Shown piece by piece: positions 53,246 through 62,654 of a DNA stretch of 64,000 nt. Within the stretch, counting starts at the first letter, position 1. Every line of letters begins with the position of its first letter. Below the pieces are notes generated by a model that did no database searches, was not told the origin of the DNA, and saw nothing but the letters and a program-made list of their open reading frames with translations. The stretch comes from Chloroflexota bacterium (GTDB taxonomy: Bacteria; Chloroflexota; Dehalococcoidia; Lucifugimonadales; Lucifugimonadaceae), in NCBI GenBank assembly GCA_002719295.1, contig PBHC01000003.1, positions 4,300 through 68,299 on the forward strand. The letters are read 5' to 3'. The position numbers and the translations under genes were made by a program.

Positions 53246-54318
53246 TTTCTTTTTCTCCTATAAAACGGAAGCTTTACTATTTTCGCCTCTAGAAATTTTT
53301 CTCTTACTTTTATTTTAACCGTATTTTGAATATTATTGTAATCTTTTTCTATTTTTCCTATAGCTATTGCACTTTTAATTCTAGGTGAATGTGTCCCAGA
53401 AGTAATGTATCCAATTATTTTGTTATCTATATATATCTCATTTCCTTCTCTGGCTATGCCTCTATCAAGCATTACTAGTCCTGCTAATGATTCTGTTCCA
53501 TTTTTTATATCTTCACCGTTTATATAATCATGATTTATATAATGTTTACTTTTTGATTCTAGCAATCTGCTTAAACCTATATCGATTGGATTTGAATCTT
53601 TGTTTATTTCATGGCCGTATAAATGTAGTCCAGCTTCTATTCTTAACAAGTCTCTTGCACCCAAGCCGCATGCCTCAATTTTATTTTCAATAAGAAGATC
53701 CCAAATATTTTCAGCATCATTGTTATCGCAGATTATTTCAACACCATCTTCTCCTGTGTAACCAGTTCTTGCTGCAAAAATCGAATATTTTAGCAATTTT
53801 ATTTCTTTGTATTTGTACCTGCCAAGATCTTTAATTGAATTATTTGAAAGAAAGTTTATTTTATCAAGTGCTTCTGGACCTTGAACTGCAATCATTGATG
53901 TATATGAAGTTGTATTATTTATAGCTACATCATCATTTACTTTTGTAATCCACTCTAAATCTTCATCTGTATTTGAAGCGTTTATAACTAGTAAATATTT
54001 ATCCTCAGAAATTTTATATATGATTAAGTCATCTAAGATTTCTTTTTTTTCGTTAATTAGTAAAGTGTATTTTGCACTTCCAATTTGCAGTAAATTTACA
54101 TCTATGGGCAATATTTTTTCGATAAAACTTTTTGCATTTTTACCTGAGACCTCTACTCTACCCATATGAGAAACATCAAACATACCGCACGACTCCCTAA
54201 CAAAGGAAGACTCCTTAATAATTCCCGCGGGATAGTTTATAGGCATCTCCCAACCAGCAAAATCTACAAGCTTTGCATCTAAGTTTTTATGCCTGGAGTT
54301 TAAAATTGTTTTTTTCAT
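53242..54318 (-). CDS. gcvT: glycine cleavage aminomethyltransferase T
   Basis: FAGWEMP, FDVSHMG, RTGYTGEDG, GLGARD.LR.EAG. Confidence 0.96.
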   Translation of the reverse strand: MKKTILNSRHKNLDAKLVDFAGWEMPINYPAGIIKESSFVRESCGMFDVSHMGRVEVSGKNAKSFIEKILPIDVNLLQIGSAKYTLLINEKKEILDDLIIYKISEDKYLLVINASNTDEDLEWITKVNDDVAINNTTSYTSMIAVQGPEALDKINFLSNNSIKDLGRYKYKEIKLLKYSIFAARTGYTGEDGVEIICDNNDAENIWDLLIENKIEACGLGARDLLRIEAGLHLYGHEINKDSNPIDIGLSRLLESKSKHYINHDYINGEDIKNGTESLAGLVMLDRGIAREGNEIYIDNKIIGYITSGTHSPRIKSAIAIGKIEKDYNNIQNTVKIKVREKFLEAKIVKLPFYRRKRK

Positions 54319-55487
54319 TTATCTAATTCCTCTCCTACTATGATATTTTGTTTATATATACTGGGCAATTCAAATCTTTGAGGAAATTCATCTAAAAGAG
54401 GAATCATTTTTATGAAATCCTGATTTATTTCTCCTTCATTAAGAGAAATTGAGCTATCAAAATTAGAATCTAATCTAACAAAATAATTACCCATCCCATT
54501 AGGCTTTATAAGCTGATTGATGGCATATCTATTTTTTATTATTTCTTCTCGATTAAGCCCCAGATTTGATAAATGCACCAAGCTTTCTCCAAGCCCAAGA
54601 TTGTATAGAAATTGCCTTTGACTTGAAATAAAAAGATTAGAAAAACCTATTTTCTCAAATTCTTTGTTTAGATCTTCCATATCTACTTGAAATGTTATAT
54701 CAGAAAGTCCTGGTTGATGAAAATATTCATCTTCAAAATTATGATTATTTATTACACTCATAAAAGAATTTTTTTTACCATTATAAAATAAATCTTTTTC
54801 CTTCATTCCGTAATCTATACTTAAGATGTACCCCTTATCCAAAACAGATATAAATTTATTGACCATTTGATGTTTTTTACACATAATTTCACCCTGAATA
54901 TTATCTAGATTATAAGTAATATCACTTAATCTTTTTTCTATACAATCGTCTGATGGTTCATCTAGAATTTCTGAAAATTTATTATTGTTTATCTCTACGT
55001 ATTTTTCAAATACATTTCCGTCTTTTACGTAAAATAAGTGATGCGGAAGTGCATCAAAAAGTTCATTTGATAAAATTATTCCGTTTGATTTATCGAGATT
55101 CTTCAAATCATTAATTACTGGAAAAATTGAATTTGATTCAGTTATATCTATTGCAACATATTTGTAATTTTTTTGACGAATTGCCTCTAATCCATTTGTA
55201 ATGTCATATGCTAAAGTTCCATTTCCAGCTCCAAATTCAAAAATTGTTATTTCATCTGTTTGTTTGAAAGAACTTATTAATTTATCTAAAAATATAGAAA
55301 TCAAATATCCAAATAGTGGGTGAGAAAGAGGAGCTGTTGCAAAGTCTTTGAAGTATGCATTTCTTAAATTTCTTGTATAAGTGTAATAGCCATTATCGCC
55401 ATATAAGCAGGCAGTAATGAAATCTTTAGATGAGATTTTTCCTTTTTCAGATATTAAATCTTTGAGATATTCTTCTAAATTATTGAT
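54315..55487 (-). CDS. MidA/NDUFAF7-family SAM-dependent methyltransferase (extended to probable ATC start at 55487)
   Basis: EFGAGNG, SNELFDALP, IDYG, DIT; upstream in-frame CLY..GYY..DFATAP..LFG. Confidence 0.85.
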   Translation of the reverse strand: MNNLEEYLKDLISEKGKISSKDFITACLYGDNGYYTYTRNLRNAYFKDFATAPLSHPLFGYLISIFLDKLISSFKQTDEITIFEFGAGNGTLAYDITNGLEAIRQKNYKYVAIDITESNSIFPVINDLKNLDKSNGIILSNELFDALPHHLFYVKDGNVFEKYVEINNNKFSEILDEPSDDCIEKRLSDITYNLDNIQGEIMCKKHQMVNKFISVLDKGYILSIDYGMKEKDLFYNGKKNSFMSVINNHNFEDEYFHQPGLSDITFQVDMEDLNKEFEKIGFSNLFISSQRQFLYNLGLGESLVHLSNLGLNREEIIKNRYAINQLIKPNGMGNYFVRLDSNFDSSISLNEGEINQDFIKMIPLLDEFPQRFELPSIYKQNIIVGEELDK

Positions 55488-55488
55488 T

Positions 55489-56628
55489 CTAGTCCCTTTT
55501 ATTTATGGGTATGTACTCTTTAGATCTTTCACCTGTATATTGCAAGAGAGGTCGAATTAAAATATTGTGTCTCATTTGCTCCAATATTTGAATTGTCCAA
55601 CCTGGAATTCTTCCTACAGCAAAAATAGGAACAAATAAGTCTTGAGGTATTCCTATTAGGTAATAAACAGCTCCGGCAAAGAAATCAACATTTGCATGAA
55701 TTCCTCTTCGTGCATAAGGTGTCATGGCTTCTTGAACTGCGAGTAAAATTTCATACCAAGCTGTCTCACCTTTTTCTTCGCTTAATCTTTTTACACCTTC
55801 TTTTAAGTGTTTAGCTCTTGGGTCTGCAGCTTTATATACTCTGTGACCAAATCCCATTACTCTTTCTCTATTAGCTAGAAGATTTTTAACGTGGGCGGCG
55901 GCATTTTCAGGGGTTCCGACATCTTTAGCAAGCTCCATGACTCCTTCAGCAGCTCCTCCATGTGATGGACCGGACAAAGCAGCAATTCCAGCTGTTATAG
56001 ATCCATAAAAGTCTGCATTAGTTCCTGTAACTACTCGAGTAGTAAATGCTGATGCATTGCATCCATGATCTGCATGAACAACAAAGTCAGTATCCATTAA
56101 TTTTGCAGTGTCTTCACTTGGCTCTTCACCTTCAAGCATGTACAAAAAATTTGCAGCATGAGGCAATGTTTTTGAGGATTCTATGGGATCTAGCCCTTTT
56201 CTCATTCGATTATGAGCCATAACTATAATTGGAACCTGTGATGTTAGCCTGATTCCTTTTCTTATAATGGCATCTTCTGAAAAATCATCTCTGTCTTCAT
56301 CAAATGAAGATAGAGTAGAAATAGTAGTACGAAGAACATCCATAGGATGAGAATCTTTAACTATGTCTATAACATCATATGCTTGTTGAGGAAGGGTTCT
56401 AGCACTCTTTAGCGAAGCGTCAAATTCGTCCAATTGCTTTTGATTAGGTAATTCACCATACATAAGCAAGTATGAGGTTTCTTCAAAATTAGAATTTTCT
56501 GCAAGGTCATGTATGTTATATCCACTATATTCTAAAACACCTTCTTTTCCATCAATAAAAGTAGTGTTTGTTCGGTCAAGATATACACCTTGAAGGCCTC
56601 TATTTAGTGAAACTTCTTTTTCAGCCAT
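55489..56628 (-). CDS. gltA: citrate synthase / methylcitrate synthase
   Basis: HADHG.NAS, GPSHGGA, MGFGHRVY..DPR, NVDF. Confidence 0.9.
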   Translation of the reverse strand: MAEKEVSLNRGLQGVYLDRTNTTFIDGKEGVLEYSGYNIHDLAENSNFEETSYLLMYGELPNQKQLDEFDASLKSARTLPQQAYDVIDIVKDSHPMDVLRTTISTLSSFDEDRDDFSEDAIIRKGIRLTSQVPIIVMAHNRMRKGLDPIESSKTLPHAANFLYMLEGEEPSEDTAKLMDTDFVVHADHGCNASAFTTRVVTGTNADFYGSITAGIAALSGPSHGGAAEGVMELAKDVGTPENAAAHVKNLLANRERVMGFGHRVYKAADPRAKHLKEGVKRLSEEKGETAWYEILLAVQEAMTPYARRGIHANVDFFAGAVYYLIGIPQDLFVPIFAVGRIPGWTIQILEQMRHNILIRPLLQYTGERSKEYIPINKRD

Positions 56629-56729
56629 TTTATTCCTCTTTAAATCAAATAAATTGGTTTTTTCAAATTTGATTCTATAATCTTATTTATTTATATGATA
56701 GCTAAAAATTGATAAAAATATAATCTATT

Positions 56730-58454
56730 TTATAAGGATAGTAATTTTTCAATAAATTCATCATGAGAAAGCGACCCTAAATCTCCAAGCTTTCTTGTTC
56801 TAACTGACAAAGAATTTGATTCCATTTCTTTATCTCCTATTATTATCATTGCAGGAATTTTTTTTAATTCGCTATTTCTGATTTTTTGCCCCAGTCTTTC
56901 ATTTGAATCATCAACTTTAACTCTAAACTTTTTTTCTAAAAGAATATTTAGGACTTTTTGTGAGTACTCATGATGTTTATCTGAGATAGGAATAATATTA
57001 ATTTGATTTGGAGCAAGCCAAAATGGCAGATCTCCTCCTGTGTGCTCTAAAAGAATCCCTATAAATCTTTCTATTGATCCAAGCATAGCTCTATGAATAA
57101 CTACAGGCTTCTCTTTTTCTCCATCGCTATTTATAAAATCTAGATTAAATCTCTCCGGTAAAGAGAAATCCATTTGAGCTGTACCAAGCTGCCATTCTCT
57201 ACCCATAACATCTGGTATAAATATATCAATTTTTGGTCCATAAAAAGCACCTTCTCCTTCTACCTCTTCAAAGTCTGAGTCAAATTCTTTTATTACCTTT
57301 CTGAGTTGCTCTTCAGCTAAATCCCACATTTCGTCACTTCCAGCCCTTTTTTCAGGACGTAGAGATAATGTCATCCTTGGATCATTAAACCCAAAAGCAG
57401 AATAACTTTCTTTTAGCATCTCTAAGAATTTTTTAACTTCATTACCTGCTTCTTTTTGTTCACAAAAAATATGAGCATCATCTTGAGAGAAAGACCTAAC
57501 TCTAGTTAATCCGTGAGTCACCCCTGATCTTTCGTACCTATGTAATCTTCCAAAGTCGGCAAATCTTAGCGGGAGGTCTCTGTAAGACCTTAAAGCTGAT
57601 TTATAAATAACAGCATGGGCAGGACAATTCATGGGCTTTACCCCTACCTCGTTCTCATCAATTTCCATCATATACATGTTGTCTAGGTAGAAATCATAAT
57701 GTCCTGATGTTTTCCATAAATCAGTTGAAAATAATTGAGGTGTTATAACTTCTTCGTAATCATACTTTTCGTAAAGTTCTCTTACAAATTCAATTAGCTT
57801 ATTGTATATAAATGCTCCATTTGGTAAAAAAAATGGATTTGCAGGACTTATTGGGTCTAAAAAAAAGAGGTCTAAGGATGTTCCTAATTTTCTATGATCA
57901 CTTTCAATGGCTTTTTCTCTTTTATCAAGGTAATCTTTTTGTGATTCTTCATTTTCCCATGCAGTTCCATATATTCTTTGGAGCATAATATTGTTTTCAT
58001 CGCCTCTCCAGTATGCTCCAGCTGTAGATAATAGTTTGAATGCTTTTATCTCTCCTGTATTTTCTACATGGCCACCTTTACATAGGTCTTTAAACTTTCC
58101 ATCTGAGTGGCTATATTCAGTAATTATTTCATCTTCTGGCATTGCGTTTATAATTTCTAATTTGTAAGGATTGTCTTTATATATTTCTAATGCTTCTTTT
58201 TTAGAAAGTTCCTTTCCTTTAAATTTGGTGTTTCTTTTTACAGACCTTCTCATTTCTCTTTCTATCGAAGCAAGATCTTGAGGAGAAAAAGTAATATCAA
58301 TATCAAAGTCATAATAAAACCCGTCTGAAATTGGAGGGCCTAATGTCAATTTTGCTTCCGGGTGTATTTTTTGTACAGCTTCGGCGAGTAGATGTGCAGC
58401 TGAATGCCTTAAATGATTCCTGTATTCTTCAATATTTTCTATATTTTTTTTCAT
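56730..58454 (-). CDS. thrS: threonine--tRNA ligase
   Basis: RHSAAH, GAYWRG, KPMNCP, QDDAHIF, HRA. Confidence 0.97.
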   Translation of the reverse strand: MKKNIENIEEYRNHLRHSAAHLLAEAVQKIHPEAKLTLGPPISDGFYYDFDIDITFSPQDLASIEREMRRSVKRNTKFKGKELSKKEALEIYKDNPYKLEIINAMPEDEIITEYSHSDGKFKDLCKGGHVENTGEIKAFKLLSTAGAYWRGDENNIMLQRIYGTAWENEESQKDYLDKREKAIESDHRKLGTSLDLFFLDPISPANPFFLPNGAFIYNKLIEFVRELYEKYDYEEVITPQLFSTDLWKTSGHYDFYLDNMYMMEIDENEVGVKPMNCPAHAVIYKSALRSYRDLPLRFADFGRLHRYERSGVTHGLTRVRSFSQDDAHIFCEQKEAGNEVKKFLEMLKESYSAFGFNDPRMTLSLRPEKRAGSDEMWDLAEEQLRKVIKEFDSDFEEVEGEGAFYGPKIDIFIPDVMGREWQLGTAQMDFSLPERFNLDFINSDGEKEKPVVIHRAMLGSIERFIGILLEHTGGDLPFWLAPNQINIIPISDKHHEYSQKVLNILLEKKFRVKVDDSNERLGQKIRNSELKKIPAMIIIGDKEMESNSLSVRTRKLGDLGSLSHDEFIEKLLSL

Positions 58455-59381
58455 TTATTTGTATCTTGGAACATTGTGTTTATTTAAAATATTATCAAGT
58501 TCATTTATTAGGTTTTTTGAAGGCGTTTTTGATGGAGGCCTAGGTGGGCCTGCTTTTAATCCAACTAATTCCATTGCTACTTTTATGAATGGGCCTTCTC
58601 CACCTGTTTCTTTAACCACTTTCCCAACCCATTTCATCCAATCAGATTTAAATCCTGATAAAAGATCTTTAGTTTTTTCATAATTTTTATCAATCATTGA
58701 ATCCCATATTGATTTAGGGTATTCTGGCCAAAAGCTACTTAGGTGAGTAATAAAACCTGTCGCCCCATAAATATTGCTAAGAATATGATTGCCCGAGTTA
58801 TCAATCATTGAAACTTTTTTAGAATATCTTTCAAGTCCTTGTTTAAATAACTGAATGTCTTCGTGACTCCATTTGATTGAATTGACGTTAGGTATTTCGA
58901 CTAACTGATCCAGCAAGTCAAAATCCATAATAAATCCATCCCACCAAGTATGATATATCATTAGATTGACGTCACTCTCGTTTGAAACGTTTTTAAATAA
59001 TTCAAAAACATCGTTTTTTGAAGGCATGTAATAATATGTTGGACCTAATTGACATCCATATATCCCGGCATCCGAGGCAGATGATGCCATTCTATTAATT
59101 TCTCTCCAATCTGTATGCTGAATAGATGTAAGAATAGGAACGCGGTTATCAGCTGTATCTACACCAATTTTCATAAGTTCAATTCTTTCATTTACATTTA
59201 ATGCAGGATGCTCCCCTCCAGCACCACCTATTAGTAAGGTGGAGTTTCCATTTGTAAGCCCTTTATTGATCATAAAGTTTAGATTTGTTTCAAAGGCAGC
59301 GTAATCTACAGTGAAGTCTTCTTTGAAAGGGGTTGCAACTGCAACCATTGGTCCAACTATTTTTTTATCTAGTGAAGTCAT
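58455..59381 (-). CDS. DHDPS/NAL-family aldolase (not canonical DapA)
   Basis: TPF, GAGGE, IYH, IKWS Schiff-base Lys. Confidence 0.85.
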   Translation of the reverse strand: MTSLDKKIVGPMVAVATPFKEDFTVDYAAFETNLNFMINKGLTNGNSTLLIGGAGGEHPALNVNERIELMKIGVDTADNRVPILTSIQHTDWREINRMASSASDAGIYGCQLGPTYYYMPSKNDVFELFKNVSNESDVNLMIYHTWWDGFIMDFDLLDQLVEIPNVNSIKWSHEDIQLFKQGLERYSKKVSMIDNSGNHILSNIYGATGFITHLSSFWPEYPKSIWDSMIDKNYEKTKDLLSGFKSDWMKWVGKVVKETGGEGPFIKVAMELVGLKAGPPRPPSKTPSKNLINELDNILNKHNVPRYK

Positions 59382-59418
59382 GATTTATCCTTAAAGCTAT
59401 TAAATTTATGTTAAGAGG

Positions 59419-59529
59419 TTAAATGTAAGTTTCATTTGACTTATTGTTAATAAGTTCAGTGCAATCACAATCAATGCATCTGCAAGGATTGCATTTACAA
59501 TATTTATTTTCACAACGATCATTTTCCAT
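59419..59529 (-). CDS. 36-aa metallothionein-like Cys-rich peptide, not in ORF track
   Basis: MENDRCENKYCKCNPCRCIDCDCTELINNKSNETYI; 7 Cys with three CxC pairs. Confidence 0.7.
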   Translation of the reverse strand: MENDRCENKYCKCNPCRCIDCDCTELINNKSNETYI

Positions 59530-59569
59530 AAATTATATTCTATTACCTTATTTATAAAAAAACATTATT

Positions 59570-59737
59570 TTATTTAGATTTTACTTTTAGAAGAATGGCC
59601 ATTAATAATAAAACTAAGATTACTATTAGACCTGGAATAATATAAGAGAATTGTATCTCAGTAAAAAAAATCAAATAAATTGTTACCAAAAGTAAACTGG
59701 AAAAACTAATGAAAAGATTGATTTTATATAAATTCAT
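59570..59737 (-). CDS. 55-aa two-TM membrane micro-protein, not in ORF track
   Basis: MNLYKINLFISFSSLLLVTIYLIFFTEIQFSYIIPGLIVILVLLLMAILLKVKSK. Confidence 0.5.
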   Translation of the reverse strand: MNLYKINLFISFSSLLLVTIYLIFFTEIQFSYIIPGLIVILVLLLMAILLKVKSK

Positions 59738-59791
59738 TTTATTGTTTTCTTATATCTTTTGACATCATTATATAAACATTTCATAATAGCC

Positions 59792-61048
59792 TCAGAGTAA
59801 ATTATTTGACAAAATATCATTTACAATAAATTCTGCATCTTCTGCTACACCAATAAATTGAGCAGATTTTGATGAATGCATCCATTGAAGACCCATAAAA
59901 TAAAAACCTAAGAAATTAGTTATTCCTCTTCTTTGCATGGGGTGATTATTGCTATCAGTAATATCAAGATCTATCCAATCATAGTTGTATCTAAATCCAG
60001 TTGACCAAATAATACTGTCATCATTATTTAATTTCAGATTTTTAGTTGAGGAGAAACTATTTGAATTAATTCTTTTATCAGGTTCTAGTTTTTCATATTT
60101 ATTTTCAACTTTGTTGTTTTTTATGTACATATCTACATCTTTAGACCAATTTAAAGCGTATTTATCTGAAAACTTAATATTTTCAAATAAATCATTATTT
60201 ATAACGAGATTATTTTTTTCACATTCTCTAATTGTTCCACATAAATTTAATCCAGATTCTTCTAGATCTAAAAGATTGATATCGTGACCACCTTTGCTTC
60301 CAGATGTGTGAGCACTACATTTCCATCTATCTTCAAAAGGAACTTCATCAACAGTTTTGTCGAATAATCCCATTTCATTATTCCACCATGAAGAATCCTT
60401 ACCCCTGTATCTTCTTGGCCTTCTTCCGCATCTACTAACAGCTAGCCAAACCTCTTTTCCCGATTCCAGTAAATCTTCAGCAATTTGAGCTCCAGATTGA
60501 CCAGAACCAACAACCACAACCTTGCCTTTTTTTAATTGAGAAGAATTTTTATACTCAGAAGAATGAATTTGAAATATTTCACTATTTAGATTAGAGCTTA
60601 TTTTAGGTTTATGAGCTTCACCAAAGGCACCACTTGCTACAACAACTACATTGCAATTGATTATTTGCTTAGATGTTATTACTTTATATTTATTATTTAT
60701 TTTAGAAATATTTTCTACTTTTTCCTTTTCATGAATTTTGGGTCCTATAAATTCAGCAAATGACTGAATGTATTTTATAACTTCTTTTTTATTTAAAAAT
60801 CCATCTGGATTCTCAAATGGAAAATTATTAGAATCAATATCAAATTCAGGAATCTTCATTGCCCAGTTGGGGTTTACTAAATGGAAATTATCCCATCTTT
60901 CATTTATCCAACTATTTCCTACAACACCTTTTTCAATAATAATATGCTTTATATTTTTTTTAGTAAGAAAGTAACTGATGCATAATCCTGCAATTCCAGC
61001 ACCTATTATTACTATTGAAATATCATTTGTTTTTTTTAAAGAATGCAT
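59792..61048 (-). CDS. flavin-containing monooxygenase-like oxidoreductase (CzcO/TrkA type)
   Basis: GAGIAG, W..ERWD, HSSEY, GSGQSGAQIAEDL, WSTGF. Confidence 0.88.
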   Translation of the reverse strand: MHSLKKTNDISIVIIGAGIAGLCISYFLTKKNIKHIIIEKGVVGNSWINERWDNFHLVNPNWAMKIPEFDIDSNNFPFENPDGFLNKKEVIKYIQSFAEFIGPKIHEKEKVENISKINNKYKVITSKQIINCNVVVVASGAFGEAHKPKISSNLNSEIFQIHSSEYKNSSQLKKGKVVVVGSGQSGAQIAEDLLESGKEVWLAVSRCGRRPRRYRGKDSSWWNNEMGLFDKTVDEVPFEDRWKCSAHTSGSKGGHDINLLDLEESGLNLCGTIRECEKNNLVINNDLFENIKFSDKYALNWSKDVDMYIKNNKVENKYEKLEPDKRINSNSFSSTKNLKLNNDDSIIWSTGFRYNYDWIDLDITDSNNHPMQRRGITNFLGFYFMGLQWMHSSKSAQFIGVAEDAEFIVNDILSNNLL

Positions 61049-61065
61049 TTATAGATAATATGAAT

Positions 61066-61911
61066 TTAATGATTGATAATTTTAAGATTATTTTGATCCT
61101 TAAATCTTTCCTTCATTATTTTTATAGCTTGATCATAATTATCAATAAGAATAGCATTTCGTTCGTTCATTATTGCAGCTTCACCTGTTGTTCCCGCTCC
61201 TGCAAAAAAATCTAAAACAGTATCTTTTTTATTTGAATGTACTTTTATTATTCTATTCATAATTGCTATCGGTTTTTGAGTAGGGTAACCCGTTTTTTCT
61301 TTACTATTTGGGCTTACTATAGTGTGCCACCAAGAATCTGTTGGAGTTTTTCCTTTAGCAGCTTTTTCTGGACCTACTAGATTGGGTGCCAAGTATGGAA
61401 TTCTATCTATATCTTCGTAATTAAAAGTATAATTTTTTGGATCCATTGCATACCATAAGATATTGTCATGTTTTGCTGACCATTTGCTTTTACTTCTAGC
61501 TCCATAGTCATAAGACCAAATAATTTCATTTATAAAAGAATCTCTTCCAAAAATCTCATCACACATTATTTTTGCATAATGGATTTCTCTGTAATCAAGA
61601 TGCAAGAAAAAGCTACCATTTGGTTTAAGGATTCTTTTTGCTTCTTTAATTCTTGCTTTTAGGAATTCAATATAATCATCAAAAATATCAGAATAACTTT
61701 GTTTTCCTATTATTTCAGTTTTATAAGATTGTCCCTTAAAACCAATTCTATCTCCATCATCAGATCGTGTGGTTTTTATCTGAGTCCTTGATTGTACTTT
61801 CCCTGTGTTAAATGGAGGGTCTATATAAATTAAATCAATTGAATTAGCTTTGATTTCTTTAAGGATTTTTAGATTATCACCTAGGTGAAGTTCGATATTA
61901 TTATCTGCCAT
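61066..61911 (-). CDS. site-specific N4C/N6A DNA methyltransferase (beta class)
   Basis: DPPF before TQKP and DFFAGAGTT. Confidence 0.92.
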   Translation of the reverse strand: MADNNIELHLGDNLKILKEIKANSIDLIYIDPPFNTGKVQSRTQIKTTRSDDGDRIGFKGQSYKTEIIGKQSYSDIFDDYIEFLKARIKEAKRILKPNGSFFLHLDYREIHYAKIMCDEIFGRDSFINEIIWSYDYGARSKSKWSAKHDNILWYAMDPKNYTFNYEDIDRIPYLAPNLVGPEKAAKGKTPTDSWWHTIVSPNSKEKTGYPTQKPIAIMNRIIKVHSNKKDTVLDFFAGAGTTGEAAIMNERNAILIDNYDQAIKIMKERFKDQNNLKIINH

Positions 61912-61967
61912 ACGATTTATTTATTACACTGAAATGATAGCACAAAAGATAATAATTTAAACTATAT

Positions 61968-62069
61968 CTAAAGCAGTTTGCAAATTGCTAATCCCATTAT
62001 GGCGCCAGTGATTATTGCAAAGGCATAAGATGTTAAATTTAATTTTGCGAGCTTATTTAAGTAATCCAT
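61968..62069 (-). CDS. 33-aa single-TM peptide, not in ORF track
   Basis: MDYLNKLAKLNLTSYAFAIITGAIMGLAICKLL. Confidence 0.45.
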   Translation of the reverse strand: MDYLNKLAKLNLTSYAFAIITGAIMGLAICKLL

Positions 62070-62079
62070 ATTTTTTATA

Positions 62080-62247
62080 TTATTTGTTTTTTCGTTTTTG
62101 TTTTAGATTTTCAGAGTAAAGAGTTAAAATAAAAATTCCAATACCTATTATTATCCCTATAAAATATCCTAGTCCGAGCCATAAACCAAAAAAGCTTCCA
62201 ATCACAATCCCGTAAATAATTGCTAATACATATATTCTATATTTCAT
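62080..62247 (-). CDS. 55-aa glycine-zipper membrane peptide, not in ORF track
   Basis: MKYRIYVLAIIYGIVIGSFFGLWLGLGYFIGIIIGIGIFILTLYSENLKQKRKNK; starts 2 nt after the upstream stop. Confidence 0.65.
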   Translation of the reverse strand: MKYRIYVLAIIYGIVIGSFFGLWLGLGYFIGIIIGIGIFILTLYSENLKQKRKNK

Positions 62248-62249
62248 AA

Positions 62250-62600
62250 TTATTTATTTTTTCTAGCTTCAACAAAACTCTTTATAAAAATCAAGATAGA
62301 GAATGAACATGTGGCAATCATTATTAAAAGCCTTAATAGCCCAACTCCTCCTTCATCTAAAGATTTTGGAAGCCTTGTGCCTATAAGGGAGAATAGAATT
62401 AGAATGGTTAGCACTATAGCAACATGTGCAAAAATTAAGTTTAGTTTTTGATTTCTTCTCGAAAGAAAATAACAAATAAAAATAAGAACACCAAATACTG
62501 AAGGTATAAGTGCTGTAGGGGAAGAAACATCTATAAATCCCCAAATTCCCATTAGTACAAGCGAAACAGAATTGATAATGTTAGCTGTTTTTGTATTCAT
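62250..62600 (-). CDS. small four-TM membrane protein
   Basis: SPTALIP..FG, AH, SF..AR motifs; AGGAG RBS. Confidence 0.75.
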   Translation of the reverse strand: MNTKTANIINSVSLVLMGIWGFIDVSSPTALIPSVFGVLIFICYFLSRRNQKLNLIFAHVAIVLTILILFSLIGTRLPKSLDEGGVGLLRLLIMIATCSFSILIFIKSFVEARKNK

Positions 62601-62654
62601 AAATACTCCTATAGTTAATTCTATATCATTTATTCTTTAAAAAAATCTCTATAT

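Noticed and set aside
56643..56674. AATCAAAT-N16-ATTTGATT inverted repeat before gltA
   Set aside because: Short and AT-rich; compatible with chance.
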